In this document: positions 47,010 through 64,000 of the stretch, in pieces
Layout of the letters: each line of letters begins with the position of its first letter
Position numbering within the stretch: position 1 is the first letter of the stretch
Source of the DNA: Folioceros fuciformis
Taxonomy: Eukaryota
Length of the DNA stretch: 64,000 nt
Assembly: GCA_049999805.1 (NCBI GenBank)
Contig: JBNGIO010005973.1
Span: forward strand, 66,877-130,876
Direction of reading: 5' to 3'
The notes under the pieces: generated by a model
Databases searched by the model: none
Told to the model about the DNA's origin: nothing
Seen by the model: only the letters and a program-made list of their open reading frames with translations
Translations under genes and position numbers: made by a program

Positions 47010-48767
47010 CTTCACCAAGAGCAGTTGCGACCGCTTTACAGGTCATCCATCACCTGCAAAACCCGCACTTCCCATCTCAAATTCCACCACAAACCTCTCA
47101 AACCCGACACCCTGCAAAGCTCTACACAACGGCCACACAACGGACCTCAGACACCGTCCGAGCTCCGCTCCGCCTCAATCACCCTACACAGCCACCAATC
47201 TCCGGCATGCCTCCTCTCTCCCTCCCGCGATTCCCAAACCCCAAACCCTACCCGAGATCCTATTCCCTCTCTGGTATCGGATCCCGGCGCCCGCACTCAG
47301 GCCTCCGGTGATACGCCAGCTCCTCGATGCCGAGGCCGGTGCACAGGTGAGACGCGAGTCAGACACAGCTCTCCGGTGTCGGGGTCCCAGCGCACGACGC
47401 CTTCGAAGCCGGAGCAGGTCCAGGCCCTGCCGCGGGAACTGAGCTTCACACTAGAGGGAGAGATCGGCGACGGTATGGATCAGGCAACTTGCGTGAAGCC
47501 GAGCGGGCAGACAGGGGCTGGACACACGTCCAGCGTGGGCGGCAAGCAGACTGCTTCCACCGCTCCTCCACCTGCTGCCGAAGCTGCACGCGCGGGCGTG
47601 GATGCCCTCCATTGGGGCCTGCCCGAGAACAAGATAATAAGCCCCCGGCGATTCCCGGTTGCCGGTCACTCTGGCTAAGGCGTGCAGAATCAAAAGGTGA
47701 GGAATCGCGGTACGTACGCTCTCGAGCAATCTGGATTCCAGATCCTGGTTGAAAGGAAACGGAATACGCAGCTCTCAACTTTGGACTGTGCCTGTGTGCG
47801 GAATGGACACTCTGCGGATTCCTTGCAGGACACACTCAAGCAAAAACAGTGCCCCCAGGGTGTGCGAAGGGAGAAAGCCGTTCTCGTCCCTAAACCTATC
47901 AGGCCTCTCGCACTCACTTCTCCACATGCAGGAATGAACCTCACAGAAACCAGGAATACATTCGCGACGTACCGACTTGCATTTCTCCACAACAATCAGA
48001 ACAAGTATGACATAAAGTCTGGCCGACGCAAGAATCCATGTCGGGGCAAGCGATCGAAAATCTACATCTGGCGAGACAGATGCAAGATCTGACCAAACCG
48101 AGTTCCGATAATCAAGAACGTTATACATGCTCCCCACCATTCTTGTGCTCCTAATTCCACTCTTTGCAGAAGGAGCACTAACATCGAGATGCAGAAAACA
48201 TAGATGCAACTCTGCTAGAAAATATCTGTTGTCCAAATGCTGCTGATCACCACTGGCAACATCACCGACGATGGACGTAAGGTTGCCCACAGCAAGACCG
48301 TCATCTGCGTTACCAAGTGCCAGGAGACACTTGCTCAGACTTCGGCCGTCGAATCCTGGCGCAAGAAATGCATCAGTGTCTAGGATCGCACCATTGTACA
48401 GTCCATCGCTCCAGTACTGCCGCATTCGACCACACCAGACAGATGTGAGTAACTTGCTAAGGAGAACAAGTAGACCGAAAACATACCTGTGAGTTTGCTT
48501 GCACCTAGAGCTACTTGCTAGAAGGGAAGTCACCTAATGCTGTCACCCACGTCTGTACTGCGAGGAGGTAGGGAGAATTTTGATTCCGAGGCTAGCTCAC
48601 GGAAATGGATCTGCAAACCCGACTGCATGGTATGAGTCTTCAAGTCAAGAGAGAGACCACAGTTATATAACAGCAGTCCGGAAAATTAGTCGACCTGGTA
48701 AGTTGGTATGGAACGGGTCACTGCACTACAGTTCGACCTTCACTGTCTCGATCGATTTTCAGCTGAA

Positions 48768-55690
<6,923 letters not shown>

Positions 55691-56214
55691 TTGATTTCTG
55701 CTCCGCTTGCTTCCAGCTCGGGACGCTGCTCAGGAAGCGATTGCTTCCAGCTCGCGACGCTGCTTAGCACCAAGCACAAGGCTGATGGAGCTCCCTCTCC
55801 TTCATAATTACATCCCAAATCCCCCCCACAGAGCCCGAGGGGTGTTTCAACAGGAAGTGATAGCCGAGATCAGTTCTGTTTTAAACAATAATCTTGCATT
55901 CATTTATAACTTTTAATATTCGATGTGTTTCTAAACCATCAAACTTCAACATCAATACGCGTGGTCGTGAAGAGGTTCCAAGTGTCGAGGATCATACTCC
56001 GTGACGTGCATGCTTTCAACAATTCCTAGCTTTCCACACATTGGAAGACCTAATTGGAAGCGCTACATCGTCCAACAAGCCCAAGTATTCCAAGAGAGGT
56101 TGAGTTCTTGCGTGCACATTCACTAGAATGCAACCCTGGCCAATCCTGTTTCCTCGTCCTTCCTGCCTGTAATTGCTTCAGGCAGGGGGTTGGATCGTTA
56201 GATCAGCAGCAAGC

Positions 56215-56621
56215 AAGGCGACTTCGACTCTAGGTCCCTCAACTGCAGCAACAAGAGACCTAGGTCACTCATCCCAGCGGCCTTTGCTAAGCTTGTGGTC
56301 GGGATCAACTGCTAGGAGGCTTTGACTCTAGGTAGGTCACTCCACAATAGCTCCCTTGGCTGAGCTCGTGGCCTGGATCAACCGTTAGAGGCTTTGACTC
56401 TAGGTAGGTCACTTGACTACAGCTGCCTTGGCTGAGCTTGTCTAGATCAACAACTAGGAGACTTTGACTGTAGGTTACTCAACTATTGTTGCCTTGGTTT
56501 AGCTCATGGCCTGAATGACAGACTCATGCAGACACCTATGCATACAAGCTTATGACCTTTCCACCTATGCATACAAGCTTATGACCTTTCCACCTATGCA
56601 TACAAGCTTATGACCTTTCCA
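56215..56621. repeat. Degenerate ~70-bp tandem repeats (GACTCTAGGTAGGTCACT core) followed by a 29-bp x3 tandem at 56533-56621
   Basis: Directly visible; CACCTATGCATACAAGCTTATGACCTTTC at 56533, 56562 and 56591. Confidence 0.8.
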
Positions 56622-59106
56622 ATTACCAGAATCTTTCTCAATCTCAAGGCAAGCTCTACTCAAGGTCCAAAGTGTGATTGAGCTTATGGCTTGGCAAGCC
56701 TTCCTTCCTTGATTGAGCATGAGGCTTGTTTGACCCAAGGTCATCAATGCAGGCAAGCTCAACTTCATGTGTCTACACACTGATGTCCTTGACTTTTTGT
56801 CACTTGCATTCACCTAAGCTAGGTCTGTCACTTGCTTTCACCTAATTGATGTCCTTAACTTTTGTGTCTCTTGCAATTATCTAAGTTAGGTATGTATCAC
56901 TTGTATTCGCCTAAGCTACACATTGTTCAGGCATCCTTTCACGTGTGATGTGTACATAAAGATCCATGTCCTTGATTTGAGCAAGACAACAAGACTTGTG
57001 TGTAGGCATCTCATCTCAAGTGAGCAACTTCAATTGTTTATGGTTTTTGACCTCATCAGTGTAGGCATCTTGAAACATTAGGACACTCAACACATTTTTC
57101 AACCATTCTACTTGGTCTTACAGTATGGGCTAATTTGCTAGCTTGAACTCCTTTATTCATACATCTTGCAAGCTTTGTCTAGGGTTTCTTACACTCTCTT
57201 CTCCGTGCACACAAATGATTATAGTGTTTATGAGGTATAAATTAATTAGCAAAGCACATGAACTCATTTTTGGTGCTTGCAAGTAGATAATTGAATCTCG
57301 TATTCTTATGCAATAAAATATATATATTTTTAACTGAATTCTAATAATTATGCTCATTGCTTATTGAGTATAACCAACGGCTCAAATATTCATTATGTTT
57401 TTTTATCTCTTCTTGAAAGATAGAAAATTAGGTGGTTCGTTGTTTTTGAAAAGTGCTTCTGCAAAGGCATTTTGTGAGGAGTTGGTAGCATTTTTCGCTA
57501 GTATTGGTAAAAGGTGTGGGCTACATTTATGGATGGGGTTGGGAGCGATGGGAGGCAGCCTCGAACCGACTTAGAGGCCCGCAGTGGCCCGCTCTGTAGC
57601 GGCGTAAAGGGGCGCCAACAGTGAAACGTGGGTCCGGCGTGGCCAGGCATGGCCTCCGGTTGGGCGAAACACGGCGTAACTGCCATGAACGGCCGCGGGG
57701 CAGACGTGAACGTGGATTCGCTCCTGACCGTTGGGCGAAACTGGCGAAACTGGCTTCCCCTCCGTCCCTCCCCCTTCCCGCCCGACGCGTTCATTTTGGA
57801 TTCCGAACGAGCGAAGAAGTAGCACAGCGTCATGCACATGTCTGTCGGACGCTAAAATTGGAGATGGTGGCCGCGCTGGTGCGCAGACGCTCTTGATTTT
57901 GGCGCCATCGGATTCGTCGGCTCCGTGCGATTCCAGCGGTATGTTGATGCGCACGCATGGGGAAGGCATCCGGGATGTGGTGGGGATTGCAGTGCCGTCT
58001 GAGCTCTAGCTGGAGATGAGCTGCTGGAGCGGCGCTCGGCTGCGTGCTTTCCGCAATAGGACCTGGCAGGAGGTGCAGGCGCAGGTGCAGGGGGTTGCGG
58101 GAATAGCGTGGGTGCGGCGCGGGGGAGCGGAATGTCACCAGATCTGGGGTGTGGAACGCGGTGGGAGGAGAGGCTGAGCGGGGCTCACATGCGAGGTGCG
58201 GGGAGCAGGGATTTGCACGCGGATTGCTGCGCGGTGATTGGTTTCGGGAGGGGATCAGGAGGGAGTTGAGCTGGCCTCAAATGTTGCATGCCTGGTTGCG
58301 GCATTGGTGGCGAGAGAAGGAGAAGGCCGGGGCCGAGGCCGAGGCCAAGGCCTAGGCCAAGCCTCCTGGTTTGTGACCTAACCCCCGGGGTGGATTCGGG
58401 GGAAGGGCGATGTCGGCTGCCCCTGCTACAGTGCACCACTGTTGATTCAATCCCCGCTCTGTTCGCCGGCGGAAAACTGTGGTGATGCATACTCAGCAGC
58501 AGGTGAAGGTCTGGATCTCGTAACTGGCTGTGGCGTGCAGGAGCGGTTCAGTGAATCACTGCCGTGGAGTTTTGTCGTCAACTGTAGGGGAGAAGGCTGC
58601 AGCTTGGTGTGCTGGGAGGTTGCAATTCTGAGATCCGGCCAACGTGACTTTGTTATCCCACTGTTTGAGGCACTGGTTGCGTATTCCGTCCTCACCTAGT
58701 CTGCCGGTGTTTTGGAACGCTCATGTCGTGGAGCTGAATGACCAAATCCTTGACCGAGAAAGCATCTGCCGGAGGACGCTGATTGTCTGCGGGATTTTGT
58801 GTGCGCTCCAGTCGAAGGGATCCTGCTGGATCGCGCAGGTCCGCTTCTACTTTTCTCGCCATCCAGGTTGCCTACTGGTCGCTGTCGGATTGCGGTTCCA
58901 GCCAGTGGGACCTCGGAGGTTGATAGTACACGACTTGTGGTTTCGTTCATCGAATTCGGGCGGACCTCTGGAGGATGTAGTCAGCTGAGGATTTGCACTT
59001 CGAAACGCATTCGAATCTTCTCCGTCTCCTTCTCTTTCGGCAGGACGTTGGAGATGTTTATCTGAAGTATGGACCTGCCCCTTTCGGATTCCCAGACCCT
59101 TCCGCA

Positions 59107-62100
59107 ATGGATTATCTCTCCCATCTCGTGAAGATGGATCACAGGCGAACTCCTTTGAAGCATTTGCCCATGAATTCGGCGATTTCGGCATCCCCAATGA
59201 AGTCTGAAGAGAGGCTGTACATGGACGCCTCTCTTTGGATTGAGGACAAAACGGGGGTGGACATTCTTCCTGATTCACGTCATTTTGCAGAGGTGGGTTG
59301 TGAACGCATGGAACCAGTGTCATGGCCTTGCCGTGACACGCTCCCCGAGACTAGCGTTGTTCGTGTGGTGCTCATCATCATTCTGTACTACCCTGTTGTA
59401 AGAAACCTTAAGAAACACTCAATAACCTTCTTGCACTGCAGGTCCTCCAGGATGGAGAACTGTTGCTCAAGATTGCAGAAAGTGTGGTACCTGATGTAGC
59501 AGCAGAGATGAAGGCTGTCCACACTAAGGAAAGCTGGTATGAAGGCTGGAACGAGGGTGGAATGGCTAAAGCAGTGGAGAATATCCATATATTTCTGAGC
59601 ATTTGCCGAGCGGTGGGTGTCAGTGAGCAATACCATTTTAGTGCATCGGATTTGATCAAGGTAAAGTTTTGAGAGTCTGGCTCGATCTTGCTTATTTAAT
59701 GCACGCTGACCAGAAGGGAAGCTGGTCTCTTCGTTTTTTTTAATTGCTCATTCCCACTGTACGCGGTTAACACTGATTGGAACCGTTGGAAATGCAGGGC
59801 CGTGAAATTAAACGAGTGGTTGAATGTCTTATGCTTTTTCGAAAGATTGTCACTCCCCCACCCTCTTATGTGGAGACTCCACAGACTGTGCAGGAACTTG
59901 GTGCTGAACAAGTCCAAAGACCTGGATACAGTAGCCCCAAGACAGTTATCCCTACCAGCAAGGCTGGCAACGATGCTGGCTCTCAAGGGAACGCGCATGA
60001 AACCTATGACTCCGTTTCTGAAAAGAGCATTTGGTACAGTGCTCTTGCAGATGCATACAATAATGTGGTGGAAATGTCCCCATCCCCGGGCAAGCGGGAA
60101 ATATTTTCAAAAAAGGAATTGCCCACAAGGAAATTGCAGTTCCCGTTCACTTTGGGTTCATCTGCAGACACAAGTGACGGGCCCTATCAAGCTGAGATTG
60201 CAGAGATGATGGAAAAGGTGGCGAACAATGGGGACCACAGTCCAGAAAGTGCGAAGTCACTTCTCCTTGCGCAGTCACCTAGTGTTCTCCAGAAGCGAAT
60301 CTGCACGACAGACGATGTATTCATTGTTAAGAAATTTGCCATGAGGCTTGCTGCCAAGGAGCGGGTAGTCAAGGTGTGTTTTCATCTGTCTCTTCTGGTG
60401 ATAGGGGTCATGGCAAGAGATCTGTGTCAAAGATTAGTCTCATCGGTCTATGTCTTGAACCTGTCAGGAGCTAGTCGCAGAGCTGTCTACTGCTCTTCGA
60501 AGGGAGGAAGCATTGCAGACCAAGGTATTGATGCCTTCACTTCATGCTCGCTGCCCTCTTGTCATGAGGTCCCATTGCCTGTTTCATTATGTTCATGGCT
60601 TCTCATTTCAGGTCACACTTTTGGAGAGAGGCGCAGCTGGGTCAGCTAGGGATCATGGGCCAAATAAAGGTGATTTAGGCCCTGGTGAAAGTGCGGCTTT
60701 GGATTCTAGGGATGCGGACTCCCTCAGAATAGATCAGGTATGTAGGTTCCGCAACCGGAGTGTCGATGCCTTTTGACCCCTTGCAACTAGTTCTGAAGCT
60801 GAAATGTCGGTTCAGGGTTTAAAGCAGGAATCAAAGGAAATGTTAGACAATTTGAGAAAGGATTGGGAGACTTCTCAGGCTGAAACTTCATCACTCAAGG
60901 AACGACTCTCCACAGCTCAAGCTATGACAGAAAACTTGAAACAGCATTATGACAGTGCACTTAGAGTAAGTGTGTGTAAATCGAAGCCCCTAATAGGCTG
61001 AGAATCTCGTCTCTCTCCTCCCGTGTTCCTGGCTGGATCCATGGCTGAAATATTATAAGGTCTGGGGTTGCAGGGACTGAAGCAGGACCTGAATAAGTTG
61101 AAAGAAGAGTTTCTACACACTCAGGCTGCGAATGTCGAATTGCTCCTGCATACAGGTAGGAAAAAAGATTATGCCTACAGTTGTTGTGAAGCTTTTCCAT
61201 GATGAATTTCTTTTTTATGCTTTTCCTTCTGGCAACTCAGGGTCTGATTTTAATCGGATAACCAAGGATTATGTGAAACTGAAGTCAGAAAATAAACATC
61301 TTCGGAATGAGCTTCAGGAGCTCAAAGGTTATTCTTGCATACACCCTATCATCATTGCTTCGTTCATGCTTTTCTTCATTGCCCATTCTGCTGCATCTTG
61401 TATTGCGGATCCCGATTCCCTCTCTTTCTATCCGTGAATCAGGAAACATAAGAGTATTTTGCAGAGTACGGCCTATGCCTTCAGGAACTGAAAGCTCAGG
61501 TCAAGGCGTTTTCTGTCCTGGGGAGGAGGTTGTAATTGTAGAGAATCAGAAGAACTCATCCACTAACTTCGTGTATGATAAGGTGTACGGCCCTCCAGCT
61601 ACGCAGGGTATAAATCTCTGGCAGTCGTTTTTCTCCTTGGGTTGGAGAGAACATTTGTTGGTTTGCATCTGTTGCAAGTTTCTTAGACGCGGATAGTAGG
61701 GCTAGCAACGTAGTTTCTGCTCTAAGCTAGTCCATGTATTGTTCCTGATGGTTGTTTTGAAGAAATGGCAGAGCACGTGTTCATGGATGTGCTACCCCTC
61801 GTAAGGTCAGTCATGGAAGGTTACAATGTCTGCATATTTGCGTACGGGCAGACTGGAAGTGGTAAAACTTATACGATGGTAAGCATGCAAGCTCCATTTC
61901 TCAGCTCAACTCTATTTATGATCTGGTATGCTCTTTTTTTTTGAGACTCTTGTGTCATAAATGAAAGGTCGTAATCAGACTTCCTTGTGACGGCTGGAAA
62001 CAGATGGGACCGAGCGCAACAGAGCATGGGGCCGGTGTTATTCATCGGTCTATTGACCTGTTGTTCAATTTGAAGAAGGATACTCTTCACGATTGGGAGT

Positions 62101-64000
62101 TCAAGATATCAGCAGAGATAATCGAGGTGCCTTTTGTCATTCATGTAATTTACCTGGGCATTGGACTTCAGCCTCGATAGTCAGAGCAATGCACTCATTT
62201 ACGTGGTGTCTTCCAGATTTACAATGAGACCGTTCGTGATCTTTTGGCTGGACTGAATAAGAGCTTCTCAAGATATCCTTTTGCCGGTCTCGTCGTGTAG
62301 AATGTGCATTGTTTCAGCTTCGCTATTGCTTCTACAATTTATGGTTGCGAAAACTTCTTGACAATTTTGCACAGTCGAGCAGAGGCGGTTGGATAACTCA
62401 ATACGAGGATCAGATTCTGTGCAAGTGAAAGTTGACTCGACCCAGGAGGTCATTCAGCTCATGGAGATAGGTGCACGAAATCGTGCAGTAGGAGCGACCA
62501 GTATGAATGAGCATAGCAGCAGATCCCATTGGTGGGTAGAGTAATTCTTGTCCCTTCTGTTGAAGACTCCAAACGTCCATTCAGAGTTGTGTGTTCTGAC
62601 TCTCTACGCATTTTATGGCAGCATTGTTATTCTGAGAGTGGAGGGTGTGCAAAGACATAGTGGTGAGAAGATCTTCAGCTCTCTCAATCTGATAGATCTC
62701 GCAGGGTCGGAGCGCGTGTCTCGCTCTGAAGCCACTGGTGATCGTCTGAAGTGAGTGGTTAACTGAGCCAACACCAGTGTTTTTTCTTTCTGTCGCGCTG
62801 TGGGATGCCGCATCTGACGCTCAGGGCCCTCTGAATTGGTTAGAGAAACGCAGCATATCAACAAGTCTCTGGCGGCCTTAGGGGATGTGATGCAGGCCTT
62901 GCTCGAGAAGCGATCCCACATCCCCTTCCGCAATTCCAAGCTCACACAACTGCTTCAAGATTCTTTAGGTGAGCTCCTTTCAACCCACTGCACTCAGGAT
63001 GGGAGCTTCTATGTTCAGAATGGCCAGTTAACCAGAAAATCGTTGACACAGGTGGCAATTCGAAAGTGGTCATGCTGGCACATGTCGCCCCTGAAAGAGA
63101 ATCTTTGAGTGAATCGATCAGTACGCTAAAGTTTGCTTCAAGGTTGCTCAACGTGGAGCTGGGCATGGCTGGGAAGAACAAAGGCGGTTTCCGACAGTTG
63201 CAGGCTATGGTAATATCGTCCGATCAGCCTGTTTCGCCATTTTCTCGCATGAGACTGGCTGTAAAAATCATGGAGCTTCAAATGGCATGGTAGGAGTTGC
63301 CGACTCTTGTTTTGTTTTTGACAATTTCGATTTGGCGCTAAGCAGGTCTCGGACAAAGATAAGGAGGTGGAGGACGTAAAGCGGCAGTTAGAGGAAAGTC
63401 AGAAACTGGCAGCTTACAAAATTGAAGGTTGTAAAAAGGAATTGTTGTCAAAGAAGGCTGAGGTACGTGCGCTAGAAATGAGCTTGATTCATCTAGTAGG
63501 ACACACTATGGAGTCATCGCCATATGATATTGTTTAATCATCTTTGCAGGCAAAGGCTCTTGCTGCGCGAGTGGCTATTCTTGAACAGAAAAATAGAGAT
63601 TTGGAACGTCGTCTGGAACAGGGTGCTGCGTTTGAGAGCACTGTGTCCAACTTGCAGCGCCAGTCTGCTTCTTTGAACTCATCTTTAAGCTCTGAGATCA
63701 TTCGAAGCGGTAAAGTCCAACACCCGGCAGCGAATGATCAGTATCATCGAAAGTTTTGAGACTCTCGTGGCTGAAAATCTTGAACTGTGGTTCTGTGCAG
63801 ACGCCGTTACGACAGGACGGTTGCCGCGATATCCAGAGAGTAGATCCTTGTCAAGAGCCCCCAGCACGTGTAGTACATTGGGAGACGCTAGTGAAGTTTC
63901 TAGCCCGGAGCTCCAACCGTCGAGAGAACCGGATCTTGGTCTAGCGGACAACTCGCTTGAGCCGCTTCCCCACTCCGAAACTGAATTGTAAGTGTCTCAG
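59107..64000 (+). CDS. Kinesin-14 with N-terminal calponin-homology domain (KCH-like), multi-exon, runs off the window end
   Basis: CH domain (LWIE...|[12 protein letters not shown]...ENIHIFL...FSASDL); motor [74 protein letters not shown]. Confidence 0.9.

Overview
Eukaryotic nuclear DNA from a very compact land-plant genome. A hornwort (Anthoceros-like) is inferred from the gene density, the ~80-130 bp introns and a GRP-ending DYW:KP PPR gene. The first ~4 kb is repeat-rich and gapped. The rest holds about 21 tightly packed protein-coding loci: subtilase, 6PGD, PYG7, molybdate transporter, MBF1c, CPYC glutaredoxin, plastid RPL9, an NFD6-like/mitochondrial ferredoxin locus, DUF4336, mitochondrial NFU, MAGL lipase, AUG4, NUP50, VPS29, TAF10, ADP-ribosylglycohydrolase, frataxin, PPR-DYW:KP, EMB2759-like, RNA Pol III largest subunit and a CH-domain kinesin-14. 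Several of these (glutaredoxin, RPL9, ferredoxin, frataxin) are barely visible in the ORF track and were assembled by hand from splice sites. Most notable observations: (1) a candidate U-to-C editing PPR factor with an N-terminal OSB-type PDF ssDNA-binding motif, flanked by decayed paralogues; (2) an intron-containing but bacterial-looking ADP-ribosylglycohydrolase (HGT candidate); (3) one first exon that can splice to give either a small NFD6-like protein or an NFD6-ferredoxin precursor; (4) three mitochondrial Fe-S assembly genes within ~17 kb; (5) two U12 introns and two GC-AG introns. All family assignments come from motif recognition without database searches.
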